Translations under genes and position numbers: made by a program
Part shown: one piece after another, positions 52,843 to 62,108 of the stretch
Position numbering within the stretch: position 1 is the stretch's first letter
Layout of the letters: each line of letters opens with the position of its first letter
Assembly (NCBI GenBank): GCA_021801605.1
Contig: JAJYXU010000096.1
Coordinates: forward strand, 12,290 to 76,289
Direction: 5' to 3'
Source: Bacteroidota bacterium
Lineage (GTDB): Bacteria > Bacteroidota > Ignavibacteria > Ignavibacteriales > Melioribacteraceae
Length of the DNA stretch: 64,000 nt
Notes under the pieces: generated by a model
Told to the model about the DNA's origin: nothing
What the model saw: the letters and a program-made list of their open reading frames with translations, nothing else
Databases searched by the model: none

Positions 52843-54714
52843 ATGGGAATCAAAGAAAAAATTAAAAAGAGAATCTTCATTTTCTTGTTTATTCCCATTC
52901 TCATTACCATTCCATTTTTTACAGAAGATACTTTCGTGCGGATTATTTCCGGTGTAGTCCTTTTAATATATGCCGGATTTATAATTTTTCTGCGCGATTC
53001 AATGCGTGGCGAATCGTTTGATCAAACATACGAGCCCGATCTTTTTGAAGATGAAGAGAAAATTGAAAAAGACACTTATGAAACTGATACAGGTGAAGAT
53101 TTTAAAATAATTTCACCGACAAAGAATATCGAGATAATTACTGCTGAAAATTTTGGAAGTACATTCAGCCGCGGTAAACAAGATTTTTTCAAGCCGCCGG
53201 ATTTTAAAACAAATTATGATAAAATTGCTCTTGAAGAATTACCTGAAGATGTTAATCACGATGAGCAATTTGGTTTTGTCCTTGAAAAAATTCTTAGTGT
53301 TGTTAAAGATTCATATATAGCACACACTGCTGCTTTCTTCTGGTACAATAAGAACAGAAAACGATTGACGCTTGAACGTTATGTAACAAGTTCATCTCAA
53401 ATCAAACAGCAGAAGTTTGATCTCGAAGATGATATTCTTGGTAAGATTGTTCAAAAAGAAGAGCCGGAACTTCTGACCGATATCTCTTCAAACGCCGAGA
53501 TTGATGTCATCCGCTATTACGGTGTTCCTCAAGGGATCAAAAGTTTTGTAGGTGTTCCTTTGTTTTATGGAAAACATTTGACCGGAATTCTCGTTTTAGA
53601 TTCAAAAGTGAACGATGCTTTCGGTATTGAACAAGTCTATTCCCTCGGAAGAATTGTCCGGGTTATTTCAATTATCATTTCATTGTTCGAAGAAAAATTT
53701 GCCGAGTCGCAAGCAGATCAGCGTTTAAAAACGCTTCTAAGTATTTTAGGTGCGGATAAAAAATTTGAATCGGAAGCCGACGTCCATCAAATTATCGAAT
53801 CATCAATGCAAGGGTTGTTGGATTGGGATTCTTTTACATTGGTTTCATATTCTCCTGCGGAACAAAAATTTAAAACTACAAAGATCATAAACAAGACTTC
53901 TCTAAAATATGTTGGTGAAAACTTGGAGATAGACTTAAACGGAACATTAGTTGGAAGAGCAATATTGAGCGCTACTCCGGTGAAGATTGACGATACATCT
54001 TCATCGGATATACCTCGCTTTGCAAAAACTGAAGATGTAAGTTTTGACGGTTCATTTCTTGCTATACCGCTTGTTTATGATGAACATAATTACGGTGTTC
54101 TTTGTTTTGAAAGTCTGAAGAAAAATGTTTATTCAAACAACGAAGTTTCATACATTAAAAACGCTACCAAAATATTTGCTTTCATTCTTCATTCCTACTC
54201 AACAATAAATATTTTAAAAGGATTGCTCTCTGTTGATATTGAGACTAAAACACTAAACTATGATTCATTTATCGAGCGTTTTACAATTGACCTTGTACGC
54301 AGTAAAGAGATCGGAATTCAAGGTGCGATAGCAGTAATTAAAATTGATGAATTCTTGGAACAAGAATCTCTTTTTGAAGGAGATCCGTTTCCTAAAGTTC
54401 TGCGGACAGTCGGGCAAATGATAAAAGATGAAATGACTCCGCTGAATTTACTTGGGCGAATTAGTGAAAAAGTTTTTGCGGTTTATTTTTTCAACATGTC
54501 TCCAAAAGATGTTTTTCTATGGGCAGAAAAATTAAGAATTAAAATTGCACGCAAAGCAATTGCAGTTGCATCGAAACAAACAACCTTTACGGTTTCAATT
54601 GGTGTAGCTACAACCACAAATAAAACCGATGTTCAAGAAATTTTAACTAACGCAGAGCTCGCTTTAAAAAAAGCAATTGAGAAAGGCGGGAACTCTGTTA
54701 AAAGCATCAGCTAA
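52843..54714 (+). CDS. Membrane-anchored GAF-GAF protein with degenerate GGDEF-like domain
   Basis: Two N-terminal TMs; GAF signatures SFVGVPL..GILVLDS and SFLAIPL..GVLCFES; C-terminal FTVSIGV...AELAL..A..KGGN with GRISEKVF in place of GRxGGDEF. Confidence 0.8.
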   Translation: MGIKEKIKKRIFIFLFIPILITIPFFTEDTFVRIISGVVLLIYAGFIIFLRDSMRGESFDQTYEPDLFEDEEKIEKDTYETDTGEDFKIISPTKNIEIITAENFGSTFSRGKQDFFKPPDFKTNYDKIALEELPEDVNHDEQFGFVLEKILSVVKDSYIAHTAAFFWYNKNRKRLTLERYVTSSSQIKQQKFDLEDDILGKIVQKEEPELLTDISSNAEIDVIRYYGVPQGIKSFVGVPLFYGKHLTGILVLDSKVNDAFGIEQVYSLGRIVRVISIIISLFEEKFAESQADQRLKTLLSILGADKKFESEADVHQIIESSMQGLLDWDSFTLVSYSPAEQKFKTTKIINKTSLKYVGENLEIDLNGTLVGRAILSATPVKIDDTSSSDIPRFAKTEDVSFDGSFLAIPLVYDEHNYGVLCFESLKKNVYSNNEVSYIKNATKIFAFILHSYSTINILKGLLSVDIETKTLNYDSFIERFTIDLVRSKEIGIQGAIAVIKIDEFLEQESLFEGDPFPKVLRTVGQMIKDEMTPLNLLGRISEKVFAVYFFNMSPKDVFLWAEKLRIKIARKAIAVASKQTTFTVSIGVATTTNKTDVQEILTNAELALKKAIEKGGNSVKSIS

Positions 54715-54729
54715 CACACGGATAAATCT

Positions 54730-55893
54730 TTGAACAATTTTTTTATCGTCGTACTCGATGGAGTCGGGATTGGTGAATTGCCCGATGCAAAAAATTATTC
54801 CGATGAAGGGAGTGATACTCTCGGAAATATGGCAGAGCGACTTGGCGGTTTAAATTTGTCGAACTTAGAAAAATTTGGACTGGGCAATATCAAACTAATT
54901 AAAGGAATTTCGCCGCAAATTTTGCCGCTTGCTTCTTTTGGTAAGCTTGCCGAAATATCTTCTGGTAAAGATTCTACAACCGGACACTGGGAACTTGGCG
55001 GATTAAAAGTTGAAATTGAATTTCCTTTCTATCCTAATGGATTTCCGAAAGAGTTGGTCGAAAAATTCTTGAAAGAAACCGGCATCAAGGGAATTCTTGG
55101 AAATTATGCTGCCTCCGGAACTGAAATTATTAAAGACCTTGGTGCCGAACATGTAAGGACTGGATTTCCAATTGTTTATACTTCGGCAGACTCTGTATTT
55201 CAAATTGCAGCACACGAAGATATTATTCCTTTAAAACGATTGTATGAAATATGTTCGATTACCCGCGAAAAAGTTTTAGTAGGAAAAGATTCTTGCGGAA
55301 GAGTTATTGCACGTCCATTTATTGGGTCAGAAGGAAATTTTAAACGTACGACAAATAGAAAGGATTTTTCTTTAGATCCTCCCGAACCGACAATTCTTGA
55401 TTACTGTTTGAACAATGGAATAGAAACATATGCAATTGGAAAAGTGAACGACCTCTTCAACTACAAGGGCATTAAACATCAGCTCAAGACAAAATCCAAT
55501 CAAGAGGGAATTAACAAAATTATCGAAGTCGCAAAAAGTGTTAGAGGTTCACTTATCTTTACTAATCTGGTTGATTTCGATGTTTATTTCGGGCATAGAA
55601 ATGATCCCGAAGGATTTCACAAAGCACTTCAAGAATTTGATGAAAGACTGCCCGAGATACTGAATTCATTAGATGAAACAGACCGATTGATTCTTACAGC
55701 CGATCATGGTAACGATGCAACCGATATCAGCACAGACCATACGCGCGAATATGTGCCGCTTCTCTATTATAAAAAAAATATAACCGGTAAGAATCTTGGC
55801 ATTCGTAAAACTTTTGCCGATGTAGCTCAAACTGCCGCACACTTCTTCAAGATCAATAACGATCTGCAAGGAACGAGTTTTTTAAATGAGTGA
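54730..55893 (+). CDS. deoB: Phosphopentomutase
   Basis: LDGVGIG, GKDSTTGHWE, YTSADSVFQ, RVIARPF, GHRND, TADHGND, HTREYVP. Confidence 0.96.
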   Translation: MNNFFIVVLDGVGIGELPDAKNYSDEGSDTLGNMAERLGGLNLSNLEKFGLGNIKLIKGISPQILPLASFGKLAEISSGKDSTTGHWELGGLKVEIEFPFYPNGFPKELVEKFLKETGIKGILGNYAASGTEIIKDLGAEHVRTGFPIVYTSADSVFQIAAHEDIIPLKRLYEICSITREKVLVGKDSCGRVIARPFIGSEGNFKRTTNRKDFSLDPPEPTILDYCLNNGIETYAIGKVNDLFNYKGIKHQLKTKSNQEGINKIIEVAKSVRGSLIFTNLVDFDVYFGHRNDPEGFHKALQEFDERLPEILNSLDETDRLILTADHGNDATDISTDHTREYVPLLYYKKNITGKNLGIRKTFADVAQTAAHFFKINNDLQGTSFLNE

Positions 55894-56096
55894 AGAACAT
55901 GATAGAGATACGCTAAAGTTCTTGGAATTCATTCTTGTTACAGTTTGACCATTACAGATTTTTTTAATAAAGTTGCGACCGCACATACGGCTATTTTTGT
56001 TCATTTGGAAAAAAGTTACACTTAAAGCTCTCTTAAAGAAATAGAGAGAGATTGAAACTCAAAAAATATTTTATATAAAAGAATTGAGAGGATGAA

Positions 56097-56396
56097 TTGA
56101 TACTGGGAAAAGTTATCGGCACAGTTTGGTCAACAAGAAAGGATGAAAATCTTGTCGGCGCAAAATTTTTAATTGTTCGTCACCTCGATCTTGAATACAA
56201 ACCGAAAGAAGCAACCGTTATAGCTGTTGATTCTGTTGGAGCCGGTGTTGGCGAAGTTGTTCTGGTGGCGCAGGGAAGCTCAGCCCGTCAAACTGCTTTT
56301 ACGAAAAATAAACCTATTGATGCCGTTATTATGGCAATTGTTGATAAGCTCGATATCTCCGTGAAAGAAAAAAATAAAGAAGCGGTTGAAGTATAA
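56097..56396 (+). CDS. EutN/CcmL-family microcompartment vertex protein (BMC-P)
   Basis: GKVIGTVWSTRK, AVDSVGAGVGEVV, GSSAR, PIDAVIMAIVD. Confidence 0.93.
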   Translation: MILGKVIGTVWSTRKDENLVGAKFLIVRHLDLEYKPKEATVIAVDSVGAGVGEVVLVAQGSSARQTAFTKNKPIDAVIMAIVDKLDISVKEKNKEAVEV

Positions 56397-56668
56397 TGTA
56401 TCTTGGCAGAGTTATAGGAACAATATGGGCGACAAGAAAATATGAGACGCTCGCCGGTTACAAAATGCTATTTGTTCAGCCGATAAATGCTGAGTATAAA
56501 AACCTTGGCGGACCGATTGTAGCGCTTGATACCGTAGGTGCAGGACCGGGAGAAATTATTTTTTATGTTACTGCAAGCGAAGCTGTAATTCCGCTTGATG
56601 TTGATATGGCACCTGTTGACGCTTCAATTGTTGGGATTGTCGATTCTATTAATGTTCAATCCATGTAG
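56396..56668 (+). CDS. EutN/CcmL-family microcompartment vertex protein (BMC-P), second paralogue
   Basis: [34 protein letters not shown]. Confidence 0.92.
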   Translation: MYLGRVIGTIWATRKYETLAGYKMLFVQPINAEYKNLGGPIVALDTVGAGPGEIIFYVTASEAVIPLDVDMAPVDASIVGIVDSINVQSM

Positions 56669-56679
56669 GAGAAGTAGTT

Positions 56680-57534
56680 TTGAAAATCACCAAACAGTTT
56701 ACCAACCGAGAAAGTCAATCATTAGATAAATACCTTCAAGAGATCGGAAAAGTTGATCTTCTTACGCCGGATGAAGAAATTGAACTTGCTATTCGAATCA
56801 AAAAAAATGATCAACGTGCACTGGAAAAATTGGTTAAAGCAAATTTGCGCTTTGTTGTTTCTGTCGCTAAACAATATCAGAATCAAGGATTGACGCTTGG
56901 CGATCTAATTAATGAAGGAAACCTTGGATTGATTAAAGCCGCAAGAAGATTTGATGAAACACGCGGTTTTAAATTTATTTCTTATGCTGTATGGTGGATT
57001 CGTCAATCAATTCTTCAAGCTCTCGCGGAACAATCAAGAATTGTCCGCCTTCCCTTGAACAGAGTAGGTGCTCTAAATAAAATTGGAAAAGCATATAGTA
57101 ATCTTGAGCAGGAATATGAGCGTGAACCAAGTGCTCATGAACTTGCCCAGGAACTTGATATGGACATTAGTGAAGTTTCAGATACTCTAAAAATTTCCGG
57201 GCGCGCTATTTCTATGGATGCACCATTTGCGCAGGGTGAAGAAAACCGTCTGCTTGATATTCTTGAAAATGATGAACAACCTTCTCCCGATCATACTCTG
57301 ATGTCTGAATCGCTCAGAAGAGAAATTGAAAGGGCATTATCAACTTTATCCGAAAGAGAGGCGGAAGTGATAAAACTCTATTTTGGATTGAATGAAGAAC
57401 ATTCACTCACGCTCGAAGAGATTGGTGAAAGATTTAACCTTACACGTGAACGCGTACGACAAATAAAAGAGAAAGCTATTAAAAGATTACGCCACGCATC
57501 CCGTAGTAAAAATTTAAGATCATACTTAGGCTGA
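56680..57534 (+). CDS. rpoD: RNA polymerase sigma factor, short RpoD/SigA type lacking region 1.1
   Basis: [44 protein letters not shown]; 284 aa, like Bacteroidota primary sigma factors. Confidence 0.85.
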   Translation: MKITKQFTNRESQSLDKYLQEIGKVDLLTPDEEIELAIRIKKNDQRALEKLVKANLRFVVSVAKQYQNQGLTLGDLINEGNLGLIKAARRFDETRGFKFISYAVWWIRQSILQALAEQSRIVRLPLNRVGALNKIGKAYSNLEQEYEREPSAHELAQELDMDISEVSDTLKISGRAISMDAPFAQGEENRLLDILENDEQPSPDHTLMSESLRREIERALSTLSEREAEVIKLYFGLNEEHSLTLEEIGERFNLTRERVRQIKEKAIKRLRHASRSKNLRSYLG

Positions 57535-57545
57535 CCGCCATACAA

Positions 57546-58256
57546 ATGAGGCTAATATATTTGACTAGAACTTTTCTACTGGGACTTCTTGTTCTTGCAA
57601 TTTTTGTGAGTTGTTCCGCATCGTCCAACGCTCAGCGTTATAAAAAAAATAATGGGAAAAAAGAAAAACCGGCAGCAGCGGTAAAAACTCTTTCTAAAGA
57701 CAGCGTAAAAAAATCTAACGTAAAAAATGAAAGAATAATTTTTAATAATCCGGCAGATTCATCCGCCGCCGATGAAGAGTTCGATGAACCGCCGCCGACA
57801 GAAAGCCCCGTTGATAAATCTAAATTCGCGTTTAATATTGAAAAGCTGAAAGAATTTAATGTTGCTCTTACTCCGCGCGAAAAAATTTTATTAGAAGTGA
57901 TAAAATTTTTAGATACTCCTTACAAATATGGCGGTAGTACACAAAATGGAATAGACTGTTCCGCCTTTACGTTACAGGTATTTCAAAGCTCACTTTCAAT
58001 TGATCTTCCGCGTTCTGCCAGAGAACAATATGTTGTTGGAGAAAAAATTTCAAAAGAAGAACTACAATTCGGCGATCTTGTATTTTTCAATACACGCCGT
58101 GCATCTAATCCAGGTCATGTTGGAATTTATCTTGGCGAGAATCAGTTTGTTCACGCAAGCCGCTCTCTTGGCGTTACAGTCTCATCAATTGATGACACTT
58201 ATTACAAAAAGCGTTATGTTGGTGCACGAAGAGTTGAAAGTTTTGTGGAAGAGTAA
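57546..58256 (+). CDS. NlpC/P60 (C40) peptidoglycan endopeptidase lipoprotein
   Basis: Lipobox FVSC; PYKYGG, DCSAF, GDLVFF, HVGIY, FVHAS. Confidence 0.93.
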   Translation: MRLIYLTRTFLLGLLVLAIFVSCSASSNAQRYKKNNGKKEKPAAAVKTLSKDSVKKSNVKNERIIFNNPADSSAADEEFDEPPPTESPVDKSKFAFNIEKLKEFNVALTPREKILLEVIKFLDTPYKYGGSTQNGIDCSAFTLQVFQSSLSIDLPRSAREQYVVGEKISKEELQFGDLVFFNTRRASNPGHVGIYLGENQFVHASRSLGVTVSSIDDTYYKKRYVGARRVESFVEE

Positions 58257-58258
58257 AT

Positions 58259-58634
58259 ATGTTTGATGAAAAGAAACAAATAGTGTACTGGAGAACGACT
58301 GCACTCGATAATTTGGAGACGGCAGAAATTCTTTTTGAAAAAGGAAAATATCGCGAATGTTTATTCTTCTGCCATTTAACAATCGAAAAATTGTTAAAGG
58401 CGCATTTTGTCTCAGAAAGATTTCGCTCCTAAAGTGCATAATCTTGAATACCTCTATTCCAAAACAAATCTTAGTCTGCCAGAATTATACTACGATTTTT
58501 TGCCAAAGATCATGGTGTACAACATTGAAGGAAGATATCCGGATTATGATTTTCCTCAACCTTCCAAAGAAACAGCGGATCAATACATAAAAATGTCAAA
58601 GGAAATAATGGAATGGCTCTTACAGAAGTTATAG
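58259..58634 (+). pseudogene. HEPN-domain protein split by a frameshift
   Basis: 58259-58432 MFDEKKQIVYW...CLFFCHLTIEKLLKAHFV, then another frame continues QKDFAPKVHNL...NIEGRYPDY...WLLQKL; break near 58408-58412. Confidence 0.85.
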
Positions 58635-58930
58635 ATTTGGTTAAAAACTATATTAATGAACTGAATAAAGATGGTATTACCATAGACAAAGCGTTTGTTT
58701 TTGGAAGCCATGCAGAAGGAATCGCTCGTCCTGATAGTGATATTGATGTTATGCTTGTATCGAAACTTTTTGATGATGATAAGATGAAATATATTTCTAA
58801 GATCTGGCATATGACAAAAATTTCTGGTTTTAAAATTGAACCTGTGGCAATTGGCTTAAAGCGCTTTTTAGAAGACGATTACTCTCCATTAATTGGAATT
58901 GTTAAAAAAGAAGGAATTGAAATTAACTAA
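58613..58930 (+). CDS. Minimal nucleotidyltransferase (MNT)
   Basis: FGSHAEGIARPDSDIDV (GSx10DxD); overlaps HEPN 3' end. Confidence 0.9.
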   Translation: MALTEVIDLVKNYINELNKDGITIDKAFVFGSHAEGIARPDSDIDVMLVSKLFDDDKMKYISKIWHMTKISGFKIEPVAIGLKRFLEDDYSPLIGIVKKEGIEIN

Positions 58931-58998
58931 TTACAATTCTCAATCTAACATCCAGAATCAAATATCATGCACCTTGTATCCAATATCTACCAACCGGA

Positions 58999-59028
58999 TT
59001 GCAAATAAAAACCCATTCAACTAATTTG
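58999..59028 (+). promoter_or_regulatory. Candidate fumC promoter
   Basis: TTGCAA-N17-TAATTT(G). Confidence 0.55.
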
Positions 59029-59059
59029 CTCATGCAAATAAAATAATCTGGAGTAAACA

Positions 59060-60451
59060 ATGGAATTTAGAATTGAAACTGACACAATGGGAGAAATGAA
59101 AGTGCCGGTAGATAAGTATTACGGTGCGCAAACAGCAAGATCGTTAATGAATTTTAAAATCGGCGGCGAAAGATTTCCTTCCGAATTGATACGCGCACTT
59201 GGAATTGTAAAGAAAGCTGCTGCTCTTACAAACTATGAATTAGGAAGTTTACCAAAAGAAAAATTGGATTTGATTCTTAAAGCTGCCGATGAAGTAATTG
59301 AAGGAAAATTAAATGATCATTTTCCACTTGTGGTTTGGCAGACGGGCAGTGGAACTCAAACTAACATGAACGCGAATGAAGTTATCTCTAACCGCGCAAT
59401 TGAAATGGCAGGCGGTGTAATGGGAAGCAAAAAACCGATCCACCCGAACGATGACGTTAACAAAGCACAATCTACAAACGATGCTTTCCCAACCTCAATT
59501 CATGTTGCTGCAGTGGAAGAAATTCACCGCCGTTTAATTCCTATGGCTACTAAATTGAGAAATTCATTAGATGCAAAAGCAAAAGAGTTTAAAGACATTA
59601 TTAAAATCGGTCGCACGCATTTGATGGATGCAACTCCTCTAACTCTTGGTGATGAATTCAGCGGATATGCAATGCAGTTGACGAACGGGTTAGCGCGCAT
59701 TAGTGATTCATTAAAACGATTATATGAAATTCCGCTTGGCGGAACTGCAGTTGGAACAGGTCTAAATGCTCATCCGGATTATGCAGTAAAAGTAGCGGAT
59801 ACAATTTCGAAATTGACCGGCAAACCATTTAAAACCGCGCCGAACAAATATGAAGCAATGGCGGCAAAAGATGCGCTGGTAGAAATGAGCGGTGTTCTAA
59901 AAACTCTTGGTACCTCGTTGTTAAAAATATCAAATGATATACGCTGGCTCGGCTCCGGTCCACGTTGTGGGATTGGTGAAATCTCTTTACCTGAAAATGA
60001 ACCTGGAAGTTCGATAATGCCTGGTAAAGTAAATCCAACACAGTCGGAAGCGATGACGATGGTATGTGCCCAAGTTTATGGTAATGACGTTACAATTAAT
60101 ATTGCCGGCTCAAGCGGAAATTTTGAATTAAATGTTTTCATGCCTGTTATTGCTTTCAATGTTCTTCAATCAATTAAGTTGTTGGCAGATGCTTGCGAGA
60201 GTTTCAGCGAACATTGTGTTGAGGGAATTACTGCAAACGAAGCGAACATCAAAAAACATCTTGAAAACTCTTTGATGCTTGTTACTTCGCTTAATCCTGT
60301 TATTGGATATGATAACGCAGCAAAAGTTGCAAAGAAAGCTCACAAAGAGAATAAAACTCTTAAAGAAGCCGCAATGGAACTTGGACTTCTTACATCAGAA
60401 AAATTTGATGAAGTTGTTCGTCCCGAAAAAATGATTGGATTAAGAAAATAA
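59060..60451 (+). CDS. fumC: Class II fumarate hydratase
   Basis: [33 protein letters not shown]. Confidence 0.98.
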   Translation: MEFRIETDTMGEMKVPVDKYYGAQTARSLMNFKIGGERFPSELIRALGIVKKAAALTNYELGSLPKEKLDLILKAADEVIEGKLNDHFPLVVWQTGSGTQTNMNANEVISNRAIEMAGGVMGSKKPIHPNDDVNKAQSTNDAFPTSIHVAAVEEIHRRLIPMATKLRNSLDAKAKEFKDIIKIGRTHLMDATPLTLGDEFSGYAMQLTNGLARISDSLKRLYEIPLGGTAVGTGLNAHPDYAVKVADTISKLTGKPFKTAPNKYEAMAAKDALVEMSGVLKTLGTSLLKISNDIRWLGSGPRCGIGEISLPENEPGSSIMPGKVNPTQSEAMTMVCAQVYGNDVTINIAGSSGNFELNVFMPVIAFNVLQSIKLLADACESFSEHCVEGITANEANIKKHLENSLMLVTSLNPVIGYDNAAKVAKKAHKENKTLKEAAMELGLLTSEKFDEVVRPEKMIGLRK

Positions 60452-60459
60452 TTAATCTG

Positions 60460-60569
60460 AAGAGAGTTTCTTAAAAGTAAATATTTTTTGCTATTGCTTA
60501 GTGGCATTATTTTCACCACTAAGTCACTAAGAACACAAAGATTCACAAAGACTTTTGAGACACTCTCTT
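60460..60569. repeat. MITE-like inverted-repeat element downstream of fumC
   Basis: AGAGAGTTTCTTAAAAGT (60461-78) / ACTTTTGAGACACTCTCT (60551-68), 16/18 complementary; internal CACTAAG/CACAAAG x4. Confidence 0.65.
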
Positions 60570-60590
60570 TTATTTTTAAGGAATAGACCG

Positions 60591-60887
60591 ATGAAAACAT
60601 TTGTTAAAATAAGTTTAATTCAGTTTCTGTTTTTCGGTATGATTCATTGTTCTTATACCGAATCGGACTATACTACAGGTACAGTAAAATATATCGCCCT
60701 CGAAGGTGGTTTTTACGGAATTGTTACCGATGACAAAAAAAATCTTGATCCATTAAATCTTTCCAAAGAATATCAAGTTGATGGAAAGCGGATTCAATTC
60801 AAGTATATTGAGAAAAAAGATATGGCAAGTTTCCATATGTGGGGCACAATAATCGAAATCATTGAAATCAGTGGACTGAAGAAATAG
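60591..60887 (+). CDS. Small putative lipoprotein/exported protein
   Basis: ATG at 60591 behind AAGGA; signal-like N-terminus ending in Cys; GTVKYIALEGGFYGI motif. Confidence 0.75.
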   Translation: MKTFVKISLIQFLFFGMIHCSYTESDYTTGTVKYIALEGGFYGIVTDDKKNLDPLNLSKEYQVDGKRIQFKYIEKKDMASFHMWGTIIEIIEISGLKK

Positions 60888-60999
60888 TAAGAATTGTTAA
60901 ACATATTTTTCGTATTAATTCGCTTAATTGTAATTCCAAACTGATATTGCAGTTTGTTTATGTATCAGTTAACTTATTTACAAACAATAGGGAACAAAT

Positions 61000-61209
61000 A
61001 TGACCCAGTTATTGGAAAAGGCAGTAGAAGAAATTTCACAGTTGTCGAGAACCGAACAAGATTCAATAGCTGCTGTTATTCTTGAAGAAATATCCGATGA
61101 GAAAAAGTGGAAAGAATCATTTCTTGTATCACATAAAGGATTGGAATTACTAGCTAAAGGAGCGCTTGTAGAATATCAGAGCGGCAGGACCAAGCCATTG
61201 AAATATTAA
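61000..61209 (+). CDS. Small antitoxin-like protein (orphan)
   Basis: MTQLLEKAVEEISQL...EQDSIAAVILEEI.DEKKW..SF...GRTKPL resembles antitoxin-like proteins usually paired with RelE/ParE-type toxins. Confidence 0.6.
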   Translation: MTQLLEKAVEEISQLSRTEQDSIAAVILEEISDEKKWKESFLVSHKGLELLAKGALVEYQSGRTKPLKY

Positions 61210-61251
61210 AAATATGATTAGCTATTTAAATTTTATACGGGACAGTGTTTA

Positions 61252-62079
61252 ATGAAAATTGCCTTAGTTCAACAAAAATCGTCAAGCAGTAAAGAACAGA
61301 ATATTCAAAAAGGAGTTGATGCCGTAAGAACTGCCGCTTTATCAGGTTCCAAGATAATTTCATTTTCGGAATTAGCATTTATTCCATTCTTCCCGCAGAA
61401 ACCGTCATCAGCAAAACCATTAGAAATTGCCGAATCAATTCCTGGTCCCACGACAGATATTTTTTCTCAATTAGCAAAAGAGTTGAATGTTGTTATCATT
61501 CTAAATCTTTATGAAAAAGATAAAGATGGTACATACGATTCATCTCCAGTTATTGATGCAGATGGAAAAATTCTTGGCACAACAAGAATGATTCATATTA
61601 CCGATTATGCATGCTTTCACGAAAAAGATTTTTATACTCCCGGTAACAATGGCGCTCCAGTTTATGAAACTAAATTTGGGAAAATTGGTGTGGCTATCTG
61701 TTACGACAGACATTACCCGGAATATATGCGTGAACTGGCAATTAATGGCGCCGAGATCGTTTTTATTCCTCAAGCAGGGGCTGTTGGCGAATGGCCGGAA
61801 GGATTGTATGAGGCGGAGATGAGAGTAGCCGCATTTCAGAATGGATATTTTACTGCTCTGTGTAATAGAGTAGGACAAGAAGAATGTTTAACTTTTTCCG
61901 GCGAATCTTTTGTTTGTAATCCTGAAGGCGAAGTTATTACTCGTGCCGGATTAGGAACCGAAGAAATCTTGTATTGTGATATTGATTTGGATAAATGTAA
62001 AACCTCTCACGCGAAGAGATTATTTTTTAGAGACAGAAGACCGGAACTCTATACCGATTGGTTTAAGCATCACAAATGA
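61252..62079 (+). CDS. Carbon-nitrogen hydrolase (nitrilase superfamily)
   Basis: KIALVQ, FSEL (Glu40), ICYDRHYPE (Cys150), CNRVG, FSGESF. Confidence 0.92.
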   Translation: MKIALVQQKSSSSKEQNIQKGVDAVRTAALSGSKIISFSELAFIPFFPQKPSSAKPLEIAESIPGPTTDIFSQLAKELNVVIILNLYEKDKDGTYDSSPVIDADGKILGTTRMIHITDYACFHEKDFYTPGNNGAPVYETKFGKIGVAICYDRHYPEYMRELAINGAEIVFIPQAGAVGEWPEGLYEAEMRVAAFQNGYFTALCNRVGQEECLTFSGESFVCNPEGEVITRAGLGTEEILYCDIDLDKCKTSHAKRLFFRDRRPELYTDWFKHHK

Positions 62080-62108
62080 AATATTCTCATTAACTGTGTG
62101 AGTAAGAG

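Noticed and set aside
55886..56044. 20-codon ORF overlapping the deoB stop, with open frame continuing past TGA
   Set aside because: No homology cue and no SECIS-like hairpin recognised; read-through unsupported
60500..60550. Short repeats as a possible CRISPR array (also 37008-37110)
   Set aside because: Units are 7-10 nt with no unique spacers and no cas genes
60555..60590. TTG-start extension of the small lipoprotein ORF
   Set aside because: Lies in the inverted-repeat end; ATG 60591 has an SD and gives a proper signal peptide
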